From positions 192,001-256,000 of the forward strand of contig CAWHEP010000009.1 in assembly GCA_963828525.1 (NCBI GenBank): a DNA stretch of 64,000 bases, given 5' to 3'. The notes under the pieces were generated by a model that did no database searches, was not told the origin of the DNA, and saw only the letters and a program-made list of their open reading frames with translations. This stretch comes from an uncultured Verrucomicrobiae bacterium. GTDB lineage: Bacteria; Verrucomicrobiota; Verrucomicrobiia; Chthoniobacterales; Chthoniobacteraceae. The first letter of the stretch is position 1. Every line of letters starts with the position of its first letter. This document shows positions 32,057 to 42,325 of the stretch, piece by piece. Both the position numbers and the translations under genes were made by a program.

Positions 32057-34738
32057 ATGATTTCCGTCCATTATGAGCGCGGCCTTGAACTACCGGATTG
32101 CGGACTCTGGCTCGATCCCTGGGATCCGAGGGATCTGGCGTTCGTCTCCCACGCCCACAGCGACCACATCGCCAATCACCGCGAGGTGATCACCTCCGAA
32201 GCCACTGCCACCCTCATGGGAGAACGGCTTTCCGGCAGGCGTGTGGAGAACATCCTCCCGTTTGGCAAGCCCGTTTCATTCAAGCATTTCTCGATCACTC
32301 TTTTACCGGCTGGCCATATTTTTGGCTCCGCGCAGTGTCTCGTGGAGGCAAACGGCGATTCGCTCCTTTACACAGGCGATTTTAAATTGAGGAAGGGGCT
32401 CTCCGCCGAGGCGACGGAATGGCGAAGCGCGGATACCCTCATCATGGAAACGACGTATGGCCTTCCGCGCTACGCCTTCCCGCCTTCAAACGAAATCATC
32501 GCGGGAATGATCAACTTCTGCCATGAAACGCTGGAGGAAGGCTCGGTGCCGATCCTCTTCGGCTACTCGTTGGGCAAGTCACAGGAAATCCTATGCGCCC
32601 TGGCGGAAGCGGGACTGACCCCAATGCTCCACGGGGCAGTGCATCGGATGACTGAGATCTACCGGCGGCTGAAGCCGGAGTTCCCTGCTTTCATGAAGTT
32701 CGACGCCTCGACGGTGGCGGGAAAGGTATTAATCTGTCCGCCGAGCGCGAACCGTTCGCTGATGGTCAAGAAGATCAAGAAGCGGAAAACGGCGGTGCTC
32801 TCCGGTTGGGCGCTCGATCCGGGAGCAACGTTCCGCTACCAGTGCGACGCCGCGTTTCCACTATCAGACCATGCTGATTATCCTGACCTGATTCGCTATG
32901 TGGAACTGGTGCAGCCCAAGCGCGTCCTGACGGTGCATGGGTTCGCCGCCGCGTTTGCAAGAGACCTGCGGGAACGGGGAATAGAAGCGTGGGCTCTGAG
33001 TGAAAACGACCAGTTGGAGCTGCGCCTTGGAAACGGCTCAAGGGAGACCGGAGAGAAAACCAAAATCAGCGTTCCAGAGCTGGAAGAAAATGACGCGTCG
33101 GAGTTCACAAAGTTCGCGCGGGTCGCCGAGAAAATTGGTTCCACAACCAGCAAGCTAAAGAAGATCGGCATTCTCCGGGATTACTTTCTCACTCTGCCCA
33201 AGGATACGCTCGCGATCGCCGCGGTTTATCTGACAGGAAAGCCCTTCCCGCAAAGCGAATTCACTCCGCTGAACGCTGGCTGGGCGGTCATCAAGCGCGC
33301 TCTCCTCGCCGTGAGTGGCGTTGGGGAACAAGCCTTCCGCAATATCGCGCAGCGATGCGGGGATGCCGGTCGCGTCGCAATGGAGTGCCTCCATGGCCGC
33401 CCGCCCGCCGGCTCCCTCACGATGACGGATTCCCGCGCCTTCTTCGACTCTCTGCGGAAAACTCGAGGGCCCATCGCGAAGACCGCGCTCCTGACGGAGA
33501 CACTCTCGCGCGCCTCCGCGCTTGAGGGGCAATACATCGTGAAAATTCTTACGGGCGACCTGCGCATCGGTCTCAAGGAAGGGCTAGTCGAAGAGGGGAT
33601 CGCGCTCGCATTCCAGCGCGACATCGATTCTGTGAAGGAAGCCAACATGGTGGCAGGTGACCTTGGGAAGGTGGCAATGCTCGCCGCTGATAACGCGCTT
33701 GACCAGGCATCCCTCCATTTGTTCGTGCCAATCAAAAGCATGCTCGCAAGCCCCGAACCCAGCGCCAAGGCGATTTGGGAACGGGTTGCGAAAGAGCGCG
33801 GAGCCGTCCCCCGGCTTTGGATCGAAGACAAATTCGACGGAATTCGCGCTCAACTGCACAGCGCGGGAGAGCGGGCTGAGATCTATTCTCGCGATGCCCG
33901 CCGCATCACCGATGAGTTTCCGGAAGTCGCCCGCGCGGCGCTCGATCTCCCAGAGAGCGTCATCATGGATGGCGAGATTGTCGCGTTCGACAAAGGCCGC
34001 AAGCTCACCTTCTTCGACCTGCAAAAGAGACTGGGGCGGAAAGAGGCGGATTTGTTCATGGGCGGAGAAATCCCGGTGCGCTTCATGGTGTTCGATCTGT
34101 TATGGCATGAGGGAATATCTCTGCTCGGCGAGCCGCTGCGGGAGCGCCGCGCGATCCTCGAGAATATTTCGCTGCCTCCTTCCATCGAGTTGACGCCGGT
34201 GTTTCGGGTGACATCCGAGATGGAGATCGAGGAGGCGTTCACCGCCGCGAGGGCGCGCTCAAACGAGGGCCTGATGGTGAAGGACGAGGAGAGCCTCTAC
34301 ACACCGGGCAGACGCGGCCTGGCCTGGCTCAAACTCAAGAAGGAATTTGCGACCCTCGACGTTGTAGTGGTCGGCGCGGAACTGGGCCACGGCAAACGCA
34401 GCCATGTATTAAGCGACTACACTTTCGCCGTCCGCGACGAGAACAACGGTCAACTCCTGACTATTGGAAAAGCGTACTCAGGGCTGACCGATGTCGAGAT
34501 CGAAACGCTGACGGAGCATTTCAAAAGCATCACCGTTGTGAATCATGGGCGTTATCGGGAGGTGAGACCCGAGGTCATCCTGGAAATCGCGTTCGACTCG
34601 GTTCAACGCAGCGACCGCCACGAGAGCGGACTCGCGTTGCGGTTTCCGAGGATCAAATGCATCCGCACGGATAAAACCGTCGAGAACATCGATACGGTTA
34701 GCCATGCCCGAAGCCTGAGCGCGCCATCGACAGCCTGA
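32057..34738 (+). CDS. Fusion of MBL/beta-CASP exonuclease and ATP-dependent DNA ligase
   Basis: N-terminal HAHSDH, GHIFGS, YTGDF, ETTYG, LSDHAD, VHG; C-terminal EDKFDG (KxDG), MDGE, VFDLL, EGLMVK, WLKLK, LRFPR; one continuous ORF. Confidence 0.92.
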   Translation: MISVHYERGLELPDCGLWLDPWDPRDLAFVSHAHSDHIANHREVITSEATATLMGERLSGRRVENILPFGKPVSFKHFSITLLPAGHIFGSAQCLVEANGDSLLYTGDFKLRKGLSAEATEWRSADTLIMETTYGLPRYAFPPSNEIIAGMINFCHETLEEGSVPILFGYSLGKSQEILCALAEAGLTPMLHGAVHRMTEIYRRLKPEFPAFMKFDASTVAGKVLICPPSANRSLMVKKIKKRKTAVLSGWALDPGATFRYQCDAAFPLSDHADYPDLIRYVELVQPKRVLTVHGFAAAFARDLRERGIEAWALSENDQLELRLGNGSRETGEKTKISVPELEENDASEFTKFARVAEKIGSTTSKLKKIGILRDYFLTLPKDTLAIAAVYLTGKPFPQSEFTPLNAGWAVIKRALLAVSGVGEQAFRNIAQRCGDAGRVAMECLHGRPPAGSLTMTDSRAFFDSLRKTRGPIAKTALLTETLSRASALEGQYIVKILTGDLRIGLKEGLVEEGIALAFQRDIDSVKEANMVAGDLGKVAMLAADNALDQASLHLFVPIKSMLASPEPSAKAIWERVAKERGAVPRLWIEDKFDGIRAQLHSAGERAEIYSRDARRITDEFPEVARAALDLPESVIMDGEIVAFDKGRKLTFFDLQKRLGRKEADLFMGGEIPVRFMVFDLLWHEGISLLGEPLRERRAILENISLPPSIELTPVFRVTSEMEIEEAFTAARARSNEGLMVKDEESLYTPGRRGLAWLKLKKEFATLDVVVVGAELGHGKRSHVLSDYTFAVRDENNGQLLTIGKAYSGLTDVEIETLTEHFKSITVVNHGRYREVRPEVILEIAFDSVQRSDRHESGLALRFPRIKCIRTDKTVENIDTVSHARSLSAPSTA

Positions 34739-34807
34739 AGTTTGACGGAAGGCGTCCGGCTTGGTTTCTTCGTGCGCAACCGGAAGAATGCCGGTAGCTT
34801 CCCAAGC

Positions 34808-35551
34808 ATGCGGAACGCCCCGCGTATTATCATAGTCGCCGCGCTGCTTTGGGTGGCGTTCGTCATTTACCACCAGGTAAAGCTCGCTGGCTCAGCCGAG
34901 AATCCCGATCCCTCGAAGGTCGTGCTCCTATTCGGCGCCGTAGTGCTTCTCACGGTGGGAGCCGCTGCCTTCGCCGCCTTTTGGCTGCTGCCGCTTTTGG
35001 GTGAACGCATAGGGAACGCGTTTTTTAATCCCGGTGGAGAGATGGAACGGGGCCCGCACGCGGACGCGCTGGCCAAGGTGGCGCTGGGCGACTATGTGGC
35101 GGCCATCCATCAGTACCAGAAATGCTATAAGAAAGACCCAGACGATGTGCTGGCGCTGAGCGAGATGGCTCATCTCTACTGTGACAAGCTGGAGGATTAC
35201 GACTCCGCCGCGGCATTGCTGGAGGAAGAATTGAAGCGGGATTGGCCTGCGGATCAGGGTGCCTTCCTCGCCGGGCCGTCTCGTGGACGTGTACTGGCGC
35301 CACCAGCAGGATCATCACGGGCACGCAAGTTGTTGCTCAGCGTAGCGGAGAGCATGCCCGAAACCCGGCACTCAGCCAACGCGCTGCATCGACTGCGAGA
35401 GATCGACCGGGCGGCGCTATTGAATAGCGCCGTCGGAGCTGACCCTGAAACTGCGGTGTCCCCAGACGACACGCCCTGGCAGCCAGCTCGAGAACCAGAA
35501 AAGGGTCTCCGCGAAGCTGGCGACGAGGACAGTGAGCGCAAACAGGTTTAG
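34808..35551 (+). CDS. Membrane protein with TPR-like repeats; probable compensating frameshifts near 35273 and 35315
   Basis: Two TM helices then GDYVAAIHQY and ALSEMAHLY; the alternative frame RLVDVYWRHQQD fits between the two shifts. Confidence 0.7.
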   Translation: MRNAPRIIIVAALLWVAFVIYHQVKLAGSAENPDPSKVVLLFGAVVLLTVGAAAFAAFWLLPLLGERIGNAFFNPGGEMERGPHADALAKVALGDYVAAIHQYQKCYKKDPDDVLALSEMAHLYCDKLEDYDSAAALLEEELKRDWPADQGAFLAGPSRGRVLAPPAGSSRARKLLLSVAESMPETRHSANALHRLREIDRAALLNSAVGADPETAVSPDDTPWQPAREPEKGLREAGDEDSERKQV

Positions 35552-35558
35552 CGGAAAA

Positions 35559-36555
35559 TTAAGGGCGCGTGATTTCGTCCAGGCGGTGAACAGCCGGATA
35601 AGATAAACGCCATAAAAACACGAGCCATCGCCAGGGCTCCAGCGGCCCCAGAAGAACCAACAACGCGGCGAAGGATACGCCATGCGTGACGAGCATGCCA
35701 AAATAGCCGCTCGGGTCGGAAACGCGGTAGGTCACTGCCACCCGCCGCTGGTGCATGAAATATTGAAGCCACGAAAGGGATCTCGTTTCAATGCCAAGGA
35801 CAGGCTGGCTAAGGACAACCTTTTTGCCGGAACGAGCCAGAACGGCTCCAAGCCTATTATCCTCGGCCAGATTATTGGAGAAACGTTCCCAGCCGCCTGC
35901 ATCCTGGAGGTGATGCTCCATGACTCCCGTGCAAGCTCCGAGCGTAAACCGGATTGGGCCGAGCTGCTCGGAAGCCGCCAGACCGGGCCACAGCGTCAGC
36001 AGAGCAGCAGCCTGGTCAAGCATCTGGGGAAAGGTTTGCCCATTGATGAACCGGTAGCCGGCGGTCAAAACATCGGCTCCGGAAGCCTGCCATTGTTCTG
36101 CGAAGTCATCGACAAATTCCGGCGTCATCCAAACCTCGCTGTCGCTCACGATCCAATGAGCGTGGGTTGCTTCGCGGCTCATCTGAATGAGCTTGTTGAC
36201 CTTGGGATTTAGAGCCTCGCCCGAAACGCAACGGGCGACGACGACGTCCCGCTCCGGGATGGGCCACGCGGATGGAATCGCAGGTATCAAAATCTTCATC
36301 ATTATCGACGCCGAAAGATGACCTGATCCGTCGGCAAGGCTGTCTCAACCAGCATCTCGACATACTCCCGAAGCCTTGGCACTCCGCGCTTGACGGGCCG
36401 CAAAAAGGAGACAGGCGGCAAAAGGCGGGTTCGGCCTTCGGCTCGGGCCGAGCGCTGACCTGCCTCTGCTTGATGAGGAAAGCCGTCCAGACGTAGTAAA
36501 AGCTCCCGCAGCCGCTGCCTCCAAGCAGAAAAGCGTCTGACAATACGCTGATCAT
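35559..36555 (-). pseudogene. HpnI/ceramide-glucosyltransferase-like GT2, multiply frameshifted
   Basis: PPVSFLRPV, NPKVNKL, SDSEV, GAC, LAEDNRLG and HQRR motifs spread over three frames. Confidence 0.72.
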
Positions 36556-37606
36556 GCGGCCTGGCGCTCCTCTCCAGCACGGGAATTGTCCCCGCAGGCG
36601 CCATGCCGCGCTCTCTGAAATAAGTCGACTGCTTCGCGGATCGCGCCATCGATCCCAACGACTTCGTAACCAATTTCCCTGTCAGCCTTATCGCTGCTGA
36701 AAAAATGGGGATAGCGGGACATTTTCACCGATTCCCGGGTGGCAAACGGCGGTTGTTCGTAAAATGCGAGACGGCCTCCGAAACGCAAGCCGCAGAGTAG
36801 CTCACCCAATCCGGACAATAATGCCGCGGCGTCTTGTAGTGGGTAAACGGCTCGAGCAACTTCAGAAATTCGCCCAACCAGAGATTCACCCCACCCAAGC
36901 AAATACCGCTCCCCGATGTTTCCGTGCATCATCGCCTGTAGATGACCGATTGCGAGACTGCGCACATCGGTAAAATTCAGACTCGTCCGCGCAAGAAGCG
37001 GAATCTCTCCCTTCAGGAACTTCACAATGACCATTCCCGTAGGCGTCGGCTTGACATCCCGCCAGCCAATGGGCGCCGTTGGTAGGGCAGTGATGATCGG
37101 ATCCCCAGCGGCGGCCCGCTTCTCCGTCTCCTGATAAGCCGCAAATTTGGATTGCTTATAAGGCCCCTCCAGATCGGCGGGCCAGCCAGACGCGATTCAT
37201 CCCCATGTCATGAGACTGCGCAAGGATGCCGCAAGTGCTTGTGCTCACAATCCTCTCGACCCCGGCGGTCTTCGCGGCGTCGAGGATGTTCCGTGTGCCC
37301 TGGATGTTGCTTTCAAAGATTTCCCGGGAATCGGGAGCCCAGAAACGATAATCGCCCGCCACATGGAAAAGGTAGCGGCAACCGCGCATCGCTTCCACCA
37401 GGGTTGAAGGCTTCACAAGGTCGCCCTCGTAAAGCTGAAACGCAGCCATGTCGGGGACTGTGCGAGCCGTAGCCGGGCGGACAAGCGCGCGCACGCGGGC
37501 GCCAGCTTCGGCCAGACTGGTCGGCTACATGCCATCCTATAAACCCAGACGCCCCAGTCACCAGAACGTCCTGACCCCTGAAATACTCTGTTATTCCTTG
37601 AGGCAT
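36552..37606 (-). pseudogene. HpnA-like NAD-dependent epimerase/dehydratase, multiply frameshifted
   Basis: VLVTGASGFIG, FHVAGDYRFW, YKQSK (YxxxK), PTAPIGWRDVKPTPTG, GERYLLG and FSSDKA across frames. Confidence 0.78.
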
Positions 37607-37646
37607 TGACACCGCTGTTGTTACCAAGCTTGGTTCTTCTTTACAA

Positions 37647-38404
37647 ATGAAACTTCTGACCGTGACCGCCGATGATTTCGGGCACAGCGGGCGCGTAAAC
37701 GCCGAAATTGAGCGTCTTCACAAAGCAGGACTGATCACCCACGCGAGCCTCATGGTCAATGGCGAGCGAGTGACGAAGCGGTCGAGGTCGCCCGGCGAAA
37801 CCCGGGCTTGACGGTGGGACTGCATCTGGCGTTATGCGACGCCAAAGGTTCCGCGATGTCCCGCATTACGGACGCGGGCCAGAACCTGCCCGCCACACCA
37901 CTCTCGGCGGGATTGCGCTACGCGTTCGATCACCGGCTGGAGCCCGCGTTGCGAGAAGAGATCCGGCTCCAGTTTGAGCGATTTGCGGCGCTGGGCTTCA
38001 AACCCGCCTATTGGGACGGGCACACGCATCTGCACTTGCATCCTACAGTGCTTCGCCTCGCGCTCCCGGAAGCTGTCCGGGGCGGATTCCGATTCACACG
38101 CTTGGTCAGGGAACCGGGATCAAAATCAAGGCTCGGACTCATCTTCGCTGCCCTGAGCAGAGCGGCTCTTGGCAAGCTGCAAGCGCGCAAAATGGGGTTC
38201 AATGACCGGGTTTACGGGCTATCGGAAACGGGCCAAATGAACAATGAGGCGTTTGAACGGATTCTGAATCGCCTGCCGGAAGGAGCCAGCGAACTATATT
38301 TTCACCCGGGCGTGGACGGCCTGGATTTGGCCGCAGACACGCTTCTGGAGACCATCCGGGCCAGGAAGATCGTACTGCGCGCCGCAGACACAGCCGCGCG
38401 ATGA
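37647..38404 (+). pseudogene. HpnK/ChbG (YdjC) family deacetylase, frameshift near 37770
   Basis: MKLLTVTADDFG...ASLMVN then VGLHL, DGHTHLHLHP, ELYFHPG. Confidence 0.8.
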
Positions 38405-38415
38405 ACGCGCCGAAC

Positions 38416-39201
38416 TCAGGCGTCGCAGCCGATTGGCACGCGACAACTCACCTCCGACTGGGACGCGCATAACACTTCGGCGGGACCCCCGCTGATTTGT
38501 GAGCGCACGGCGTGGAGAGCGAGTTCTGGACGGTTGCAATCGCGACTCAGATGACCAAGAACCACCTGCCTAAGGCTGATATCCACCAACTGCCTGACCA
38601 CCTGGGCGGCGGCGGCGTTTGAGAGATGCCCGTGACGCGACATGATGCGCTGCTTGATGGCCCAAGGGCGGCGAGTGTCATCCTGCAAAAGCTTTTCGTC
38701 GTGGTTGGTCTCGATGACCAAAGCGTTCACCGTTCTGACTCGCTCGAACACGAGCTTGGTGGCAAACCCTAGATCGGTCAGGAACCCTAGCGAGGCATCG
38801 CCGTGATGCAGTACAAAGCCAACTGGATCCACTGCGTCGTGGGGCACGGGAAAAGTCTGAACAGAGATATCCTTAACGCAAAACTCGCCCCCGGTCGCGA
38901 AGAGTCTCCAGTCGCAAGCGGTGGTCAGGCCCGACTGCTGCATCGCCTCCGCCGTGAGACGGTTGCAGTAAATGGGGATCGCGAACTGGCGGCAGAGAAT
39001 CTCGATGCCACGCACATGATCGCCATGTTCATGGGTGAGCAGGACACCATCGATCCCGATGGGATGAAGACCGATCGATTCGAGGCGGCGCTTGATCTGC
39101 CTTCCACTCAGGCCACCATCGATCAGCAACCGGCACGTCGCGGACTCCACCACGGCGCAGTTCCCAGCGCTTCCGCTGCCGAGGATGGTCAGGGTAAACA
39201 C
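38416..39201 (-). CDS. MBL-fold metallo-hydrolase (YycJ/WalJ-like)
   Basis: GSGSAGN, THEHGDH, PHDAVDP, TDLG, ETNHD, GHLSN, GHLSRDCN. Confidence 0.9.
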   Translation of the reverse strand: MFTLTILGSGSAGNCAVVESATCRLLIDGGLSGRQIKRRLESIGLHPIGIDGVLLTHEHGDHVRGIEILCRQFAIPIYCNRLTAEAMQQSGLTTACDWRLFATGGEFCVKDISVQTFPVPHDAVDPVGFVLHHGDASLGFLTDLGFATKLVFERVRTVNALVIETNHDEKLLQDDTRRPWAIKQRIMSRHGHLSNAAAAQVVRQLVDISLRQVVLGHLSRDCNRPELALHAVRSQISGGPAEVLCASQSEVSCRVPIGCDA

Positions 39202-39275
39202 GCCCTACGATTGGATGAAACGAGAGCCGCTGGCAATGGAGAAATAGCCGAAATGAGCTTTTCGCGAGGACGCGG

Positions 39276-39292
39276 CTGGCACGCCCGGTGCT
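39276..39292 (+). promoter_or_regulatory. Sigma-54 (-24/-12) promoter
   Basis: CTGGCACGCCCGGTGCT closely matches YTGGCACG-N4-TTGCW, with GG-N10-GC spacing, 36 nt upstream of ATG 39329. Confidence 0.6.
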
Positions 39293-39328
39293 TGAATTAC
39301 CGCTCCGAACCCGCCGCCATTCCGACCT

Positions 39329-39655
39329 ATGAACAACCCCGATCCCGTGTTTGCTTTCCGCGAAGGATGCAGCAGTGCCATGCTCGAGAAGATCTCGCTT
39401 CAGACCAAGCCGACGGGTAGAACGCGCGCGGCAAACGATTTACTCAATCAAATCCGGCTCGGTGTGGTGATCAAAGGCTTTTGCCTTCTTTTTGACGAGA
39501 ACCTCGACCTCATCTGCGGTGAAGAAGCCGGGCTGAGTCCCGCCGAGCGGATCAAGCGGATCATGGAATTCGCCACTAAAAACGGATACGCGGCGCGATT
39601 CCATAGCGGTTCGCAACGGGTCGAATTTGTGTCCCTGGCAGCAAGCGGGCTTTGA
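39329..39655 (+). CDS. Small hypothetical protein
   Basis: 108-aa ORF filling the gap before glgP, preceded by a sigma-54 motif. Confidence 0.55.
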   Translation: MNNPDPVFAFREGCSSAMLEKISLQTKPTGRTRAANDLLNQIRLGVVIKGFCLLFDENLDLICGEEAGLSPAERIKRIMEFATKNGYAARFHSGSQRVEFVSLAASGL

Positions 39656-39744
39656 TCCTGGGCCGGGAAATTTTCTTTCCTTGCCTGTCGGAGTCCGCCT
39701 TGTAAAGTCGGCATTCCCCCCGATAAACCCGGGAGAACAGGATA

Positions 39745-42309
39745 ATGCAGCCAATACTTACCTATAACGTCATACCGAAACTGCCAGAGAAACTAGAGCC
39801 TCTGCGCGAAATCGTTTACAACCTCTGGTGGACTTGGGAACCCGCCGCCCGCAAACTGTTCCGGCATCTTGATACCGACCTCTGGACGCGGACCAATCAC
39901 AACCCGCTGCGCATGCTGCAGTTGTCGCGGCAGGCGCGGCTGGAAGAAGTCGCCGGGGACAAGGGATTCATCCGCGATCTGGACGCGGTGCATGCCAAAT
40001 TCAAGGCGTATCTGGCGCGCAAAGACACCTATGGTAAAACCCGGCCGCAAAGCGCGATACGAAGCAACCCGGTGGCGTACTTCTCGGCGGAATTTGGCTT
40101 CCATGAATCCGTGCCGAACTATTCAGGCGGCTTGGGAATCCTCTCCGGGGATCATTGCAAATCGGCGAGTGATCTGGACCTGAATTTCTGCGCGGTGACA
40201 CTCCTCTACCGGCACGGCTACTTCAAACAGCAGATCAACAAGGATGGCTGGCAGGAAAGCGTCAGCCTTGACCAGAACTTCCATCACCTGCCGATCAAGG
40301 AAGTTCGCCAGGATGACAAGCCGCTGCAGATCTCGGTGGAGATGCTTGGGCGCAACGTGTTTGCGAAGGTGTGGGAACTCGCGATTGGACGGATCAAGCT
40401 GTATCTGCTAGACACCGACCTCGCGGATAATGGGCAGGAGGATCGCCTAATCACCGCGCAACTTTACGGAGGTGATCTCGAGATGCGCATCCGGCAGGAG
40501 ATCGTGCTTGGGATCGGAGGCGTTCGCGCGCTGGACGCGATGGGAATCACCCCGTCTGTCCACCACATGAATGAGGGCCACTCCGCGTTTCTCTCGCTGG
40601 AGCTGATCCGGCGCAAGGTGGGAGAGAGCAAACTGGATTTCAACAGCGCCTTGCAAGTGATCGCTGCGGGAAATGTCTTCACGACGCATACTCCAGTTCC
40701 GGCCGGGAATGACGCTTTTCCGCGCGAGATGATGATCCGCTATTTCGGGAATTATCCCCATCAAGTGGGCATTTCTTTTGACAAATTTTTTGGGTTTGGC
40801 CAAACAACCGTCGCGCCCGAGGATAATTTCAGCATGACAATTCTCGCGTTGCGGACGAGCCGCCATGCCAATGGTGTCAGCGCGTTGCACGGCGAGGTAA
40901 GCCGGGGACTTTGGAAGGATGTCTGGGCCGGCGTGCCAGAAGATGAGGTGCCAATCACCAGCATCACAAATGGAATCCACACGAAAACGTGGACGGCTCC
41001 TGAATTTACCGCCCTGTACGAGAAATACCTTGGAAGCGACTGGGAAGAGCACCTGACCGAGCCGGACTTTTGGCGCGGCGTGATCGACATCCCGGATGAT
41101 GTTCTTTGGCAAACCCACCAGGATTTAAAAAGGCGTCTCATCGAGTTCGTGCGGATGCGGCTGAAAAGCCGCCGCGAACGGCTCGGCGAATCGCCAGCCG
41201 AAGTCCGGAAGGTGAATCAACTGCTCGACCCGGAAATCCTCACGATCGGGTTTGCGCGGCGGTTCGCGACTTACAAGCGCGGCAACCTTCTGTTTTCGCA
41301 ACCCGAGCGGCTGCACAAGATGGTGTCTAATTCACAGCATCCGGTGCAATTCGTGTTCGCGGGCAAGGCTCATCCAAAAGATGACGGCGGGAAAAAATTC
41401 ATCCAGGAAGTCTATCGGAATACCTGCCTGCCCGAATTCGCGAACCGCGTCGTATTCGTTGAAGATTACGACACAAACGTCGCGCGGCGCCTGACGCAGG
41501 GAGTGGATCTCTGGCTAAACACCCCGTTGCGTCCGTACGAGGCGTCCGGAACGAGCGGGATGAAGCTTCCGCCGAATGGCGGCCTGAACCTGAGCGTCCT
41601 TGATGGCTGGTGGTGCGAAAGTTATAATGGGAAAAACGGATGGGCTATCGGCCCTGAGATCACGACGGGAACGCTCGACTTCCAGAACGAGGTAGACATC
41701 GCCAGTTTGTTCCACATCCTCGAGACTCAGGTCATCCCCTTATACTACGCGAAACCGGATGGCCGCCTCCCGGTCGCCTGGCTGCAATTGATGCGGGAGT
41801 CGATTCGCAGCGTGACCCCGGTGTTCAATACGCATCGCATGGTGAAGGAGTACGCGGAACGCCTCTACGAACCCGCCGCCGCGGCGCGAGCGAAGCTTTC
41901 CGCTGGAGGCGCGGCAAGCGCTTCGGAAATCAGCCAATGGAAAGATCGCATGCGCAAGGATTGGGCCCAGGTGCGAATCACGGATGTGCAAATCGCGGAC
42001 GGAGGCAAGATAAACGTGATCGTCGGAGAGTCATTGAAAGTAAGCGCGCGGGTGCATCTCGGAGTGCTGAAGCCGGAATCAGTGAAGGTGCAGGCATACT
42101 ATGGCGAGAGCGACGACAACCAAATCTCCAAACCATCCATCATCGACCTGACTCACTCCACCGGGGCTGATGCTTCTGGCGACTACGTGTTCCAAGGGGA
42201 GATCCCTGCTCCGGAAAGCGGCGCTTACGGATTCAATGTCCGTGTGCTCCCAACCAATCCGAACCTGACACAGGCGCACGAGTTGCGGTTGATAACCTGG
42301 GCCCGGTAA
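39745..42309 (+). CDS. glgP: Alpha-glucan (glycogen) phosphorylase
   Basis: YFSAEFG, YSGGLGILSGD, HMNEGH, GFARRFATYKR, AGKAHPKD, EASGTSGMK. Confidence 0.95.
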   Translation: MQPILTYNVIPKLPEKLEPLREIVYNLWWTWEPAARKLFRHLDTDLWTRTNHNPLRMLQLSRQARLEEVAGDKGFIRDLDAVHAKFKAYLARKDTYGKTRPQSAIRSNPVAYFSAEFGFHESVPNYSGGLGILSGDHCKSASDLDLNFCAVTLLYRHGYFKQQINKDGWQESVSLDQNFHHLPIKEVRQDDKPLQISVEMLGRNVFAKVWELAIGRIKLYLLDTDLADNGQEDRLITAQLYGGDLEMRIRQEIVLGIGGVRALDAMGITPSVHHMNEGHSAFLSLELIRRKVGESKLDFNSALQVIAAGNVFTTHTPVPAGNDAFPREMMIRYFGNYPHQVGISFDKFFGFGQTTVAPEDNFSMTILALRTSRHANGVSALHGEVSRGLWKDVWAGVPEDEVPITSITNGIHTKTWTAPEFTALYEKYLGSDWEEHLTEPDFWRGVIDIPDDVLWQTHQDLKRRLIEFVRMRLKSRRERLGESPAEVRKVNQLLDPEILTIGFARRFATYKRGNLLFSQPERLHKMVSNSQHPVQFVFAGKAHPKDDGGKKFIQEVYRNTCLPEFANRVVFVEDYDTNVARRLTQGVDLWLNTPLRPYEASGTSGMKLPPNGGLNLSVLDGWWCESYNGKNGWAIGPEITTGTLDFQNEVDIASLFHILETQVIPLYYAKPDGRLPVAWLQLMRESIRSVTPVFNTHRMVKEYAERLYEPAAAARAKLSAGGAASASEISQWKDRMRKDWAQVRITDVQIADGGKINVIVGESLKVSARVHLGVLKPESVKVQAYYGESDDNQISKPSIIDLTHSTGADASGDYVFQGEIPAPESGAYGFNVRVLPTNPNLTQAHELRLITWAR

Positions 42310-42325
42310 TAGAAAGCGCTTTCTA
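42310..42325. repeat. Perfect 16-bp palindrome at the convergent glgP/pgeF junction
   Basis: TAGAAAGCGCTTTCTA. Confidence 0.8.
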
